DNA of 64,000 bases from Mobula hypostoma (lineage: Eukaryota), in NCBI RefSeq assembly GCF_963921235.1, contig NC_086097.1:177446001-177510000 (forward strand). The letters run 5' to 3'. Position 1 is the stretch's first letter. Each line of letters starts with the position of its first letter. Below are positions 12,411 through 26,600 of this stretch, in pieces. The translations under genes and the position numbers were made by a program. Below the pieces are notes generated by a model that was not told the DNA's origin, made no database searches, and saw nothing but the letters and a program-made list of their open reading frames with translations.

Positions 12411-14619
12411 TGCCAGTGAGTGTGGCAGTCAGCTGTGGTGATATTGATTGATAGAATGGATGTGTGGGACTGAGTGATATTGCTGCCTACAGAGAGAATG
12501 CAGAACAGTAGAGCACAAGAACAAGCCCTTCAGCCCACAAATTAAACTAGTAATTAAATACATACTCACTGTCCATACACCTCTGTTTCTCAGCACCTTC
12601 ATGGGCCTATCTAAGAGCTTCTTGAATCCCTATTGTATCTGCCTCCACCACTACCCCTGGAAGAACATTCAACATCACTCTTTGTGGGGGGAGGGGTTTT
12701 CCTTTGAATATAAGGCTTATGGACAGGAGAAATTCTGGAGATGTTGGAGATTCTGAGCAACACACACAAAATGCTGGAGGAACAACTCGGCATTCCTTTC
12801 AACTTAGCCCATCTCAATTTAAATGCACACCGGCTCGTACTAGAGCATGTTGTCAGAAATAAGTGAGGGGAATGGGAATGCTGGGATATTCCTGAGCGCA
12901 GGCATGGATTGGATAGGTAGACTGGCCTTGTGCTGAAAGGGAATACGATTATGACCTTGCAAAGAGGAACGGGCGCAAATGTAAAATGCTGAAAACAGGA
13001 TTGCAGCAAGCTACTGAATGAATTTATATATTTGACATTGTTCTCTGTAGGCTTTACTTTCAATTGTTCATACCTACTGTGATTGTTTATACCAACTGTG
13101 CTTCAGCCTGTTCACAAGAGTATGTCACTTAGCCACTGAGGTGTTAATTGTACAACAAAGGATGCATTCAACCCATAGGACCAATGCTATCTCTTGGAGG
13201 TCTAAATTAACCCCACTGAAAATCTTTCTTCGGTCCTTGAAAGCTGCTTTCACTGCTGTCTCTTTTAACAGACCTTGAATCACAACTATGCATTCACAAA
13301 ATGTCATCTCATCCACTCTCCTCGGAGAAGGGCACCATTGAAAGGAGCTAACAAAATTATCTCTCATTTCCCTTGATGATTCATTCTATTAGCTGTAGCA
13401 ATCTTATTTAATTTGTTAGCTTTGATTTTTCTCCGTCTTGATTCCCTCTTCTCTCCCTGCACTATTCTGTCATCCAAACCTGTTCTGCCTTTAACCTGAT
13501 CTCACCACATCCTGGTGGTGATTTCATCCACACGTCCCAGCACCAACATAGCACGCTAGCAATGTTCAGCAGAGCAGAACACAGCCAATGTACAACAAGT
13601 AACAACCAAACAAAGCCCCTCCGCTCGCACATATGCACATCTCCAACCCCAGGGCAGGCTGGCTTGGAGTACTATTTTGATCACCCTGTTGAGGGACAGC
13701 TGGAGGGAGTACGAGGGTGTAGCCAGGACTGGAGAGGCCAAGTTATTGTGCTTGGCTGTCTCAATTCAATTTTCATTCACCAGGAGAATGAGGAGCAACT
13801 TTAGGGGTTTTATAAAATCACGAGGAACACCAATAAGGTGGACGGCAAGTCTACAAGAGGGTATGGGAGACCAAAGCTAGGGGCATAGATTTAAGTTGAG
13901 GGGAAAGAGTCAAAATGGACCTAAGGGAAGCTTTTCACGCAGAAGGTGGATAGTATATGAACGAGCTGCCAGAGAAAGTGATTGAGGCAGATATAATACA
14001 TCAGTTAAGCAGCACTTGGAGGGGGGCTTGGAAAGGTATGAGCCAAATGCTGCCGGGTGGACACATGGACTGTTTGGGTTGAAGGGCCTATATCTATGCT
14101 GTATTGCTCTGGCTATGACTACAGTGGAAATACTGACATTTTTTCCAATTTATTGGTTCTTGGGACGGTCCCATCCTTAATGGATCTTGAACTGAATGGT
14201 ATGCAAGATACAATTTTCAGAGAACTTTTGAGAATAACTTTGCTGTGGTCTGGAGATCCATACAGGCCAGACTGGCTGACAATGTCACTGAATTTTAAGA
14301 TTTGATTAGAAACTTGAATTGAAATCTTGAGCTGTTTCTTTGGAAATTAGATTTATACATAGAGTTGCACAAGTTGGAAGCAGGTCCTTTGGCCCAATTG
14401 GCCCATGCTGACCAGGATTCCATTGTTAGTCCCATTTGATAGCATCTGGCCTCTATTTCTCTCAGTCTTTTTGATTTTAAAAGAAGTTTAATACATATTC
14501 CTTGGGTTATCAGCCCAAGCCACTGGATAAAAGACCAGTAACTTAACTGCAACGTTACCTATCCCATTTCAGTATCGTTGATTTCACCAGCTCTTGGTCA
14601 GAATGCCAGTAATTATGGT

Positions 14620-15190
14620 TTAAAATAAATTTTATTAACAAAGTACATGTATGCCACCATATACAACCCTGAAATTTATTTTCTTGTAGGCATACTCAAT
14701 AAATCTATAGAATACTAACCAGAACAGAATCTATGAAAGACCACCCAACTGGAGCTTTCAACCAGAGTTCAGAAGACAAACTGAAAATTAAAAAAAGATA
14801 ATAAATAAATAAGCAATAAATGTCAAGAACATGAGATGACGAGTACTTGAAAGTGAGTCCATAGGTTGTTGGAATATTTTGGTGATGGGGCGAGTGAAGT
14901 TATCCCCTCTGATTCAAGAGCCTGATGGTTGAGGGGTAATAACTGTTCCTGAACCTGCTGGTGTGAGCCCTGAGACTCCTGTACCTTCTTTCCGATGGCA
15001 ATAGTGAGAAGAGAATGTCCTGTGTTGTGGGGGTCCCTGATGATGGATGCTGCTTTTTTGCGACAGAATTTAGATGTGCTCAGTGGTTCAGAGGGCTTTA
15101 CCTGTGATGGATTGGGCCGTGTCCACTTTTTTTTAATATATAGGAGTTTCCATTTAAGAGTATTGGTATTTCCATACCAGGCCGTATGTA
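14620..15190 (-). mobile_element. Rex1/Babar-like LINE 3' fragment
   Basis: Close similarity to 6700-7260, for example caagagcctgatgg...aactgttc...cctgatggtg. Confidence 0.7.
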
Positions 15191-16791
15191 TTGTGTCCCT
15201 AAGTCAGTCTTGAATGACGAAGCAGCCTCTCTGGAGTTACACATGGACCAGATGAGGTAAAGACAGTAGATTTTTGCATCCAGAAGATATTAGTGGATTT
15301 TTAATTCTGTTCCGCAAAATCTGGTTCAGCACCACTCACTTTTTGTAATTTGAATTTAAAACACTTAGATTTTAGGGTCTTATTTGAACCTCTATTTCTT
15401 TCTCAACAATCTGCCTGTTAACTATGGTTTAAGGTGAAATATTCAAGGGGAATCTGAGGGGGAGCCTCTTCAGTCAGAGGCTGATGTGAGTGTGAACCTT
15501 TTCCAAAGCCTCCACCTATGTACTGTAATGGGATAACCAGAACTGTACACAGTATTCTAAGTGCAGACTAAGTGAGGTTTTGTACAACTGCATCATGACT
15601 CTTTAGATGTCCAGTGTGGAATAATCCCTTCCATCCCTTCAAGCCGTGCCACCTAGCAACCCACCAGTTCAATCCTAGCCTAGTCGTGGGACTGTTTACA
15701 ATGACCAATAACCGGTACTTCTCTGGACTGTGGGAGGAAATCTACGTGCACCTGGGAAGAAATGTGCAAACTTGCTTTCAGAGGATGCCGGAATAGAGCT
15801 CTGAACTCTGACTTGTCTCCTGTACTCTGTGACTCGAGCGGCGAAAGCAAGCATGCCATACACCAGCTTTACCACTCATATTTGTGTTGCCATTTTCAGG
15901 GAGCTTTGGACTTGGACCCTAAGATCTCTCTATACCAGTGCTGTTCAGGTCTGCCATTGCATATAAAGAAATTCTATGCCTTCTGTGTCTTAACCGACTC
16001 CATTACAAAGGGTACGATAACCCATTTATTTTACCCAGGCTGCTATGATACAGAAGGTGTTCTATTTGATTTTTGACAACCTCAGAATGCTTCTACTTTT
16101 AATCCTGTTTAAGGATTTCTCGGGCCATGAGGCAATTCTATCCCCTTAACTCACTCGAAGAACACAGCGCAGCTAAATATAAAAAGATTTGGGGTAGGAG
16201 TTCTGGTTAAACCTTCGAACAGTTGACCTTGGTAAAATGGAGAAGCCAGGGTTCTCCTTTGAGCAGGGAACGTTAAGCTGAATTGTGACTGTGTTCACGA
16301 TATCTTTAGTCTGCAAATGGAAGGTAATCTCACTGTATTTATCCCTGTGCATTGGAATTTGAGGCCATGCTCAGAGACAAACTTAAGTCGCTGCGTGAAG
16401 TGTATGGTCTATACTCTTGTACAAAGCAATCAATAAAATTGGGGATTTTAATTTGTGTAATTAATTCTGGAGAGAAAAGCTAGTTCCAGAAATGGCAACC
16501 ACAGAAATGCCAGACTCTCATTAGAAAGTCTGGCATATCATGCGACTAATTGCCCTTAGTCTGCTTCGCTGTCCTTCAGGGAAGGAAATCAGCCAACCTT
16601 AACCACACTAGGCTAACCGTGACTCCAGTCCCCCACACAGCGGGAACTCTTAACCGCCCTCTCAGACTGGCAGATCCAATTGTAACCTGAACCATTCACC
16701 CACCTACTGCTGGCTTTGTCTTTGTGAAATCTTTCACACCCCTGGTTTTACTGTCCATTCCACAGGTAGTTCCAGGCATCCTCAACTCTCA

Positions 16792-17672
16792 GGCTACATC
16801 CACAGTAGACCAGATAATTTTGAAAGTGCCGGTTTTGTGTAAAAACGATAGGCGTCCACACCAGACGTTTTTGAAAATACCTCCGTCCACATTAAAATGG
16901 GTATTTGGTGAATCTCCTTCTACTGGGCGTGTGCAGGGCACATCTACAGAAAACAAGCGAAGAGGAAGTGGTATACTTAGTGCGCGTTTGTCCAGTTACA
17001 GACTAGAAAAACTGAAAAGGAAATTGCCAAACGAAAGACTTGGTGTGCATTTGTCCAGAAACATTTCCTACAGCCATCGTCTCTTCACCGATGAAAGGGA
17101 TGACAACTACAACTAAATGCAATAAGGCTTGTTACTGGGCAAAAGTGAAATTTGCTGTTACCTCATTTGTTTGCCTTTACTTTTGCCAAGTCTTTGTGTA
17201 TTACTTTGCTGTATTTAACATGCGCAATAAAATGAGTTACTGGGCAAAAGTGACAATTGCGTCTATTGAATGTTTGCACAAGCAATGCATTAATAAAGCA
17301 CCTTGTTAAATGTATAAAACATGTCTGCATCGGTGTTATCTTGTATTTCCATACAATGTTACATTAGGCTGTTACACATCTATTGTCAGATATTGTCGTT
17401 GTGGTGTTGGAGGTTGTGTTCAAGAAAACAGTGAAATGCTGTGCTGCCGCCACCATTTGTTCCGGCACATCATGACAGTGTTTTTAAAATTAGCCGGTTA
17501 CCCCGTACGCACTACAATGGCCAACCGGCGTTTTCAGATTTAAACACTCTGGAGAGTGTTTTAGAAAAGCTCCGTTTTAGAGGGAAGAAACGCCGTTTCA
17601 GTGTGATGGAGGATCAAAACGAAGAGAAAAGGCTTCGGTTATGGATTTATCCGGTCTAGTGGGGACATAGCC
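16792..17672 (+). mobile_element. Non-autonomous PIF/Harbinger element, copy 1
   Basis: TIRs ggctacatccacagtagaccagataa...ttatccggtctagtggggacatagcc, with 3-bp TSD tca at 16789-16791 and 17673-17675. Internal block 17285-17390 is the reverse complement of 51060-51165. Confidence 0.85.
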
Positions 17673-18132
17673 TCAGAATTCACCTCACCTGTTTTTTAAC
17701 AAACAACTCCTCACTCACTCTGGAGACACGAGACATTAGATGCTGGAATCTGCTGGAGGAACTCAGTGGGCTGAGCTGCATCCAATGCAGTGTTCAAATT
17801 TAAAATGTAATTCCCTTTTCTCCCCACAGTTGCTGCTTGACCCTGCTGAGTTCCTCCACCAGTTTATTGCTCTTTACTCAAACTCAACATGCCTGTCTAT
17901 GGGTGTAATAAATCTTCTCCAAGTTGCTTTCCAGTGCTTTAAAAGGATGAGTGCTGTGATGGTACTCCAGATGAGGTTGGCCCATTCCTGGTATATTTTT
18001 GTTCCAGATCCCAGCATCTGACAAACATCTGCAGTTTAAAAATACTTTGCTATTGCTCTGGACAGTCCAGAGATCCGAAAAGTACTATAAAATGTCAGCT
18101 GATCTGCTGTCTTTAACCCCGCTTGCATGTGT

Positions 18133-18682
18133 ACTCAGTGACCACTTTATTCGGTACTGCCTGTACCTAATATAACGGCCACTGAGTGAATGTCACTGGT
18201 CATCTGCCACCCATCCAGCCCAACTTCGATATTCTGTGCATTCACCGATATTGTTCTGCATATACCCCTGTTGTAACGCGTGGTTATTTCAGTTATCTTA
18301 CTGTCAGCTTGATCCAGCCTGGCTGTTCTCCAGTGACCTCTCTCAGTAACAAAAACTTTAGCCCCCATTCCCCCTACAGTACTGCTTCTCACTGGATTCT
18401 TTTGCTGTTCACAATGTTCTCTGTAAATTCTAGGGATTGTTGCGTGGGAAAAGCCCTGGAGATGAACAGTTTCTGAGATGCTCAAACTACCGTCTGACAC
18501 CATCAGTCATCCACAGTCAGTTACTTGGATCGTATTCTTCTCCGTTCTGATATTTGGTCTGAAAAACAACTGAATCCCTTGATCATGAGTGCATTCTTTC
18601 ATACATTGAGTTGCTGCCATATGATTGGCTGATCTGATATTTTGCATTTATGAGCAGGTGTGCAGGTGTATCTAATAAAGTG
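18133..18682 (-). mobile_element. Tc1-like transposon deletion derivative
   Basis: Termini actcagtgaccactttatt...aataaagtg. The minus-strand remnant LSISETVHLQGFSHATIPRIYREHCEQQK...RTARLDQADSK resembles the N-terminal HTH of Tc1 transposase. Confidence 0.75.
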
Positions 18683-19399
18683 CACCTCTGCATTCTTTTG
18701 GCTCTCTTGGCAAAGGAATCTCGCTGGAATTCCGGGATGTATTTATTACTGACTTGTTTAATTCTCTGCTGAGGACCCCTTAAGTTCTTTCAGTGTGGTA
18801 CCTGAAAGGGTAATTATTTCTGAGTAACTAAGCTCAGTGTGGAACCAAATAGGCTCGGAGCACAATTTGACCATTGTGACTTTTAACACCCAGCAGAATT
18901 AAGCCCAGGTAGTCATCTTTACTAGGTAAACATGGGTAGAATGCATGCAGCTGTGCACACAGTCCTGCTTTGTGATCTTGGTAAATTGTTAAATTGGTTT
19001 ATATTGTCACACGAATTGAGGTACAGTGAAAGACTTTTGTTTTGTATGCCATCCGTTCAGAACAATTCGGCGCCATCAGTGCATTGAGGTAGTACAAGGC
19101 AAAACAACTGAATGCAGAATAAAATGTCACAGTTACAGAGAAAGTGCAGAGCAGGCAGATAATAGTGCAGAATTCTATTGTTTACTTGCATTTTCAGAAG
19201 CTCTGCTCCACTATCAGATTTTTGAATGGTCAATGAACCAAACCAAGAATGCTACCTCACTTTTTGCACTAATTATTTAACTGAGATATTTTATGTATTG
19301 CACTGCCCTGCTGCAAAACAACAAATCTCATGTGTGCTGTACTTTATGCAGTGATGGTAGGTCTGATTCTGAAGAGCTACATGCTGCACACCAGGCTGC

Positions 19400-20035
19400 T
19401 CAACAACAGAAAAGGAAAATGCTATCATGGAAAGAAGATTGGCTGACTGTCAGGAAACAAGCAGTGGGAATAAAGGGCTTTTTCTGGTTGTCTGCTGATG
19501 AGAAAGCAATGTTCCGCAGGGGTCTGCTACTTTTTACATTTATGTGCTGATAACTTGGACAAAGGAAATGATGATTTTGTGGGCTAAGATAGGTAGAGGG
19601 GTTGAGGAAGCTGTGACTCTGCAGGAGGATTTGAACAGAATGGCCATAGTAGAAACAGATGGAATACATTGTGGGGAAGTGTATGGCCATGCACTTTGGT
19701 AGAAAGACTAAAGGTATGGACTATTTTCTAATCTGGGAGCAAATTCAGAAATCAGAGGTGCAAAGGTACTGGGGAGTCATTGAAGTCCTTTAAGAACTGA
19801 TGAGAAGGTGTTTCTTTAGCCAGAGAGTGGTGAAGCTGTGGTATTCATTGCCACAGACAGCTGTGGAGGCTGAGTCCTTGGGTACATTTAAAGCGGAGGC
19901 TGATGGTTACTTGATTAGTAAGGGTTGCAGGGAGTAGGTAGGAGAATTTGGTTGAGGGACAATAAATTAGCCTTGATTGAATGGCGGAGTAGACTTGATG
20001 GGCCAAATTTTGCTGCAATGCCTTGTGGCCTTATA
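19400..20035 (+). mobile_element. CR1 LINE fragment with internal deletions
   Basis: RT-region remnants (W..DWL..RKQ.VGI), FSQRVV-like sequence and a CR1 3' UTR. Confidence 0.75.
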
Positions 20036-21144
20036 AGGTGCAAGATCACAGCAAGGCAGATTGAGGTCAAGAGTTCACCCTACTAGGGAGCCGTTTCATA
20101 GTCTTATAACTGTGGAATAGAAGTTGTCCTTGAGCCTGGTATTATGCTGTCAATCATTTGTATCTTCTGCCTGAAGGAGGGGCTGGGAGAAGAAAGAATG
20201 TCCATGGTGAGTGGGATCTTTGATTGTGTTACTGAGCCACTGGGAAGTGTACACGTTTGATGGAGGGGAGACTGGTGCCTGATGTGCTGAGTTGTCTACA
20301 GCTCTGCAGTTTCTTGTGGTCTTCCTTGCTGCCCACTCTGCCCCCAATCTTGCTGTCATCCACAAATCTGCTACTCCAGTTAACCACATTACCATCCAGG
20401 TTGTTGAAAATGATAAACGACAAAGGATCCAGCACCAATCACTATGACTCGCCAGTAGTCACAGGCCTTCAGTCAGAGGCGCAACATTCGACTACCATTC
20501 TGTGGCTTCTGCAAAGCCAATATCGAATCTCATCTTGAATGCCTCAAGTGACTGAACCTCCCAAGCGGGACTGTTAGATATGCCATGTGAAATTCCCAAA
20601 GCTTGGTTCTTTATCACATATCCCTGTGAATTTGGCAAGTTACACAGAAGTGATTTGGCAAAGATCTGAAGTGCCTGGGGCTGCACTTAATGTTTTGATG
20701 CCATGGCCAAAATTACCTTCACAGGAGCAGTGGCTGAGTTTGAATCCCAACCCATGCACACATCGGAAGATTTAGGCAGGCGATCCAAAGGTAAACTTGC
20801 AGAAAAGGAGCCTAGGAAATACTGGAGCTCAGGGCCAGGGAAAGAGAAAGCACGGTCTATAGAGCAGCGGGAATTGGCAAAACTTCAGAAATAATGTGGG
20901 TTGAAGGTGGTGAGAACATGCTGATGGGAGTGGCATAGCTGAGGCATAAGTCAAGGATTTGAAAAGGAAATTACACTAAAGCTATCAGCCTGCACAAAAT
21001 CCATATTTTTCCATTCCTTGCACATTCATGGCTCTGTATCTGCTTCCACTACAGCCCTGTAGACACCTGCCATTCTCTGTATGAAGAACCTCACCCCACA
21101 ATCTCATTTAAACTTTCCGTCTCTTGCCTTAAAGCTATTTCCCC

Positions 21145-21620
21145 AAGGTCATCCATTGGTCAAGGTTGATGTGGATGTTATGTCCTGGTTATCTAGATAC
21201 GCAAGCCAGGACAGTACAATATGGAGAGCAAGCTGATGCCCATGTAGCAAGCTCCCCCTCTCCAAGCATCTGATGAGCCCTAAGGAATGGCAGAAACCAA
21301 AGTTTGGCACTGGTGCATCAAAGGAGTTGCCCGTCAGCGTTGAACTCGATGTAGGACTGCCTTAGGGGATTCCAACTCCAGATTTTTCCCTCTGGCATTA
21401 ATCCTGAAGCTTTCTCCTTGAGTAGGTATAGCTGCAAGGCACCGGAAGTATGAGATCAGTTTTCCTTCTCCTAGATGAGCTGCTAAACATGATTGACGAG
21501 CCCCAGTAGCCTGAAGTGACTGGTTTAAAGTTGTCTTTGCCTCTTCTGTTAGTAGAAAGAGTTCCACTGCGCTTGGTAGCTAAGCCACTTGTGAAGACCA
21601 GGAGCTGGACTTGGTTTGTC
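21145..21620. repeat. Unclassified interspersed repeat, related copy at 24295-24645
   Basis: Shared blocks include ccattggtca..., atatggaga.caa.ctg, ttgaactc.a.gtaggactgcct and gagatca...ttttccttctc.tagatgag. Confidence 0.75.
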
Positions 21621-21799
21621 AGAGACTCCGCTAGTACCTACCCCAGCTCTGACAATCTTAAAGAACCTTAAGGGCATGTCCTCTAGTACTTGTCGTGCCT
21701 TAGGTAAACAAGTTTGTGGATGAATTGGCCTCAGTACATTGCCCCTATTGTATAGGCTCATGATAGAATCTGAGGGGAGTAGGTTAGCATTTGGGGAGA

Positions 21800-22075
21800 C
21801 ATCACAGTGGTTAGCGTAATGTGATTACGGCTTGGGGTATTTAGAGTTCAATTCCAGTGCTGTTCTGTAAGGAGCATCTGTACAGCCTGCTTGTGGAATT
21901 GAGTTTTCCCCGGGTGCTCCAGTTTTCCTCCCATGGTCCAATGGCGTGCTGACGAGGTTAACTGGTCGCTGTAAGTTGTCCCTTGATTAGGTTTGGGTTA
22001 ACCGGGTTTATGAGGTTGCTGGGGCGGTGTGGTTCGAACGGGCCGCTCCACACTATCACTAAATAAAGGAAGAAA
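21800..22075 (+). mobile_element. tRNA-derived SINE (V-SINE-like core); related minus-strand copies near 15610-15800, 48540-48730 and 55790-55980
   Basis: A-box-like agtggttagcg and B-box-like gagttcaattcc, with core cgggtgctccagttttcctccca. Confidence 0.65.
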
Positions 22076-22799
22076 ATTGGGTGAGTGTCAATAGTCTGTG
22101 CTGCTTCTCTCTGACTATCTGATGCTGTCATCAGTTGGAATTGGCAAAAGGATAGCCTGTTGACTTCCCTCATTCCAGTCGCATTCTTCCCATCCCATGC
22201 CCTCAAGACCTGTCCCTCACCTCCCTCCAGTTCCCTTCCTCCTTCCATGTATTCTGTGGTCTTCTGTCTTCTCGTATCAGATTCCTCTTTCAGCACTTGC
22301 CTCTTCAATTTAGTTTATTCTAGCAGCTTGTCACATCACCCCTTCGTGTACCCTCCCCACTCAACTTCCCCCTCATCTGGTCTCCCCTATCACCTGCCAG
22401 CTTGTACTCCTAACCCCTCCTTTCATCTTGTTCTGGCATCCACCTCCTTCCTTTCCAGTCCTGATAAAGTCTCGGCCTGAAACATCAAATCTTTCTTCCT
22501 CCGTAGGTGCTGCCTGACTTGCTGAATGTGTGTTGTTCAATTCAAGACTGGTGACCTGCAGCTGTTGTCTCTGGGTCTTATTGAGTTTGGGGAGAGCAAC
22601 TGCCCAAGACAAACGAACTGCTAATTTAGGTGATAAAGTGCATTCTGATACAGTTTTCTCCAAATTCATGAAGTGGCTCAATGGATTAGACAGAGTACAG
22701 ACATTTCTACATGTAGGAATTAACATTTGGTGTGAAGTACTGGATTAACAATCCAGTAGGAATTTCTGGGGAAAATTCCTATCTCCAGTGTGTGCAGTG

Positions 22800-23390
22800 A
22801 GGAATGCAGAATCTATTTCAGGATGCTAACGAAATTCTGCATGTCTGTATCGACTCTTGCCGATTTTTATCCAAGCATTCTTTCTGGATATATAACAGCT
22901 TTGTTTGGCAGCAGTTCTGAATGTGATTGCAGGAACCTGCAGAGTTGTGGACATAGAGCTCAGCACATCACAGGAGCCAGCTTTCCCATTTGGACTCTTG
23001 ACTATACTTCTAGTTGCTTTGGTAAAGCTATCAACGTAACATAATAAAGGACCCTTGCATCCCAGACATTGTCGCTTTCTCCCTCCCATCAGGAAGACAA
23101 TTTAAAAAAAACTCCTGAAAGCACATACCACCAGACTTGAGGGCAGCTTGTAACTTCCTGTTGTCAGACAGGATATGATTGTAGGTCTGTTTAAATGATA
23201 ATTGTATGATGAGATTGACTCTTGACCTCACAATCTACCTCGTTGTGATCTTGCACTTGTCATTTACCTGCCTTGCACTCTTTCAGTAGCCTTCACACCT
23301 TATTTTGCACAGTTACTGTTTTACCTTATTCTAGCTCAATTTGATCTGTATAAACAGTATGCAAGTCGACACTGTATCTTGGTACACGAG
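22800..23390 (+). mobile_element. Rex1/Babar-like LINE 3' fragment
   Basis: Remnant SILSGYITALFG...CRNLQ...AQHITG (DUF1891-like) followed by a 3' UTR. Confidence 0.7.
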
Positions 23391-23489
23391 CCTTCAGGAT
23401 GTTCAGTGTTGGACTGCTGGGTGAAGAGATGAGGGAGAAGTGAACAGGTCAGTTTTTCCTTGGATGCCTTCTACTATTTTGAGTAGGAA

Positions 23490-23647
23490 CAGAGTTCTCC
23501 CTAAGGTCCTGGCCAATATTTATCCCTACATCAACATCACAAAAGCAGGTTATTGGGTTACTAATGCAGAGTTCTCCCCAAGGTCCTGGCCAATATTTAT
23601 CCCTACATCAACATCACAGAAGCAGGTTATTGGGTTACTAATGCAGA
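23490..23647. repeat. Tandem duplication, 2 x 77 bp
   Basis: The unit cagagttctccc...gggttactaatg starts at 23490 and again at 23567, with 2 mismatches. Confidence 0.92.
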
Positions 23648-26600
23648 AAATAAAGTAGTCTATATCTAGTAAGATGCGGACAGTATGTGGGTGTGAACTG
23701 CTAAATGAGTGAGTCCAGGAACCTACCTATTCTTGACATTCAGTGACATTAGCAATGCTGAGATCCTCGCCACCAATATCCAGGGACTCGCATCCAAAAC
23801 TGTACTCATTTCCTTAACAGAGTCCAACAGCATCTACTAAACCCACCACCTCTACTGCAAATATTGTAGTCAGGCCAAAATGACTAACTTGGCGTGTCTC
23901 ACGTTCCTACATTTGACTCTTATCCCTCTAACTTTTCCTATCTGTGTACATATTTAACAGTTGTAATTGTACCCACCTCAACAACTTACTCTGGCAGCAG
24001 CTCAGTTCATTTCATATGTTCCCTACCCTAACATAGAAAAGTCTTGCCCCTTGGGTCACTTTTTAAATCTTTCCCCTCTCACTTTAAACCTTTGACCGTT
24101 TGGGTTAGAGATAAGGCTTTGGCTATTTTCTTATCTCTGCCCCTTCAGACTTCATAAAGCTCTAAGCTCACCCCTCGAGCTCCTGCAGTCCAGGGACAGC
24201 GTTCCCAGTCTGTCTAGTCTCCTGTCCCAGTAACGTCTCAGTAAACCTCTTGCACCCTCTTCAGTTTAATAACTTCTTTCCTTTCAGTTCTGAGGGCCAC
24301 CATTGGTCAGGATCAACCAGAGACATTTGTTTCATAGCTGTCAGTTGATACACAAGCCAGCACAGTGTGATATGGAGAACAAACTGTTGTCCATGCAGTG
24401 GAACAGGCTCTCCCTGTCCACACAGCTGATAAATCCAAGGGAGGAGCAGAGACAGCGTCACGGCTGTTGCCTGTCAACTTTGAACTCAACGTAGGACTGC
24501 CTGAGAGACTCCAGTTATGGATTGTTTCCCTGGGTTTACTCCCGAAGCCTTTCCTGTAAGTGGGTATAGCCACAAGGCAGCGCAGGTTTGAGATCAAAGT
24601 TTTCCTTCTCTTAGATGAGTCACTGATTACAACTAACAAGCCTCATCTTTCCTATTGGTAGGGTGACCAGTTCTCCAAATGTTGCTAATGTTCTGGTACA
24701 GTTGTAACATGGAATTTCTGTACTCAATATTCTAGCTTATCTGAAGGTTACCCTCCAAGTCATACAACATCCCGGCTTGGAAATGTATTTCTGGTCATTC
24801 AATGTCACTGGGTTGGAATCCCTCCCCAACAGTACTTTATGAGCACAGTCACCTGAAGGACCATAGCGTTCCAGAAGGCAATTCACGCCCCCCCCCCCAC
24901 CAACCTTCTAGGGATGGGGAGTAAGTGCCAGCCTGAGAATTGAAACTGGTTTATTATTGTCATGTACCAAGAAGCTTGCATATTGTTCATACAGATCACA
25001 TTATTGCACAGAGCATTGAGGTAGTGCAAGGTAAAACAATAAGGTGTAAGGTCATCGTGAGGTAGAGTCCATCATCTGGTACAGTACAAGATGACTGTTA
25101 CATTTATAAATCATAAGACCTTGCTATACTCATTTTTAGCAGTAGCTGCACTCAAGTGGCTATAAATAGTTTTGGGACCTTCTGAAATGAAAACAAGGTA
25201 GCATTGGTTTGTGTCTTTTGCCTTAGTTGAGCTCTGGGCTTGCTGTTGAATGGGGTTGAGAGGGAAAATAAGATAGCCATGATCAAATGGCGGAGTAGAC
25301 TTGATGGCCCATCTGGCATAATTCTACTCCGGTGTCTTGTAGTATTCCGTCTCACTTCGTAAACTGGGAGGATATATCTGGTATTTGGCTGACGCTGTAG
25401 TATCTGAGCATTAACAACTTTGCGCAGTGGCACAGTGACTGAAAGTTAACTGACATTTGTAAAGCTGGCAGAGAAAGGAATGGCTGCTGCTTTTGTTCCT
25501 TGGGCCTGGTAGCACATTCTTGCAACTGAAGCCTAGTTACAAATGGAGCTTGGCGTTGTGATTGTTGTCTGCCCTGGAATGCTGGCCTACATTGCCAACT
25601 TTACCGCAGTGACGCGTTGATAATTCCTAGCCTTTTGTTGCTGTTACAAAGCAGCACATTCTTTTCATGCATTAGTTGAATGTTGCACTCAGGGTATCTC
25701 TACTTTGAGCAGATTTAGTGTTCTGTGGTATTTGGTGGAAACTTTCCCCAGTGATTGCACTGACTTACTGGTTTGAGCAGTTACTGGAGGTCCTTGATTC
25801 AAATCCCAGAGCGGAATTTAAAATTCGGGCTGCCAGTTCAGCAAATGTCTTGTGACATTTCTTCCTCCTTTGAGATTTGCCTCTCCCGTCACCTGTGTCC
25901 TGACTTGCTCAATGAGTGAACTTTAATTTACGAGGATGTTGCTGGGACTGGAGGAACAGAGGCAGCTTGATGGAAGACTGATTTATGGAGAGCGGTTGAG
26001 AAGGTTGGGGCTTCAATGATTAGAGTGTAGGAAAATGTGGAATGATCTTAGAAGTGTATAAAATCATGAGGGACATAGGGTAAATGTACTCAGTATTTTT
26101 CTTGGGGTTGGAGGATTGAGCGCTAGAGATCATGAGATGGCAACTTCACAGATGGTTATCTGTGTGGAATGGGTGGCAGAAGAAAAGGTTGAGGCAGATA
26201 CATTAATGGCGTTTAGGGGACAATTGGACAGCAGCATGGACGCGAAAGATTTAGAGGGATATGGTGCTAATGTGGGCAAATGGAACTGGGTTGAATGGGA
26301 CTTGGTCAGTATGGACCAGCTGGGCCGAAGAGTCTGTTCCTGTAGTGCATGAATCTACAGTATGCGTATTGAAGCTTTTTTTCAGGGTTGTTAGGGAATT
26401 TAAAAACTAGACATTTAAGTTTAGGGTGAGATGGGAAAACTTTAATAGGAATTTACGAGGTAATTTTTTTTCAACAAGAGGGTGGTCCATTTATGGAACA
26501 CAGTGCTGGAGAAGCTGGTGGAGGCAGGTGCATGATAGGAAAGGTTTTAGAGGGACATGGGCCAAACACGGCAAATGGGACTGACTGACTTGGTTGGTAT

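Noticed and set aside
21266..21320. Hammerhead-like ctgatga-gcc...ggc-agaaa
   Set aside because: There is an extra base before GAAA, no convincing stem I or III, and the sister copy near 24425 lacks the core.
21805..21860. tRNA gene
   Set aside because: A/B-box-like motifs are present, but there is no cloverleaf and the sequence continues into a SINE body.
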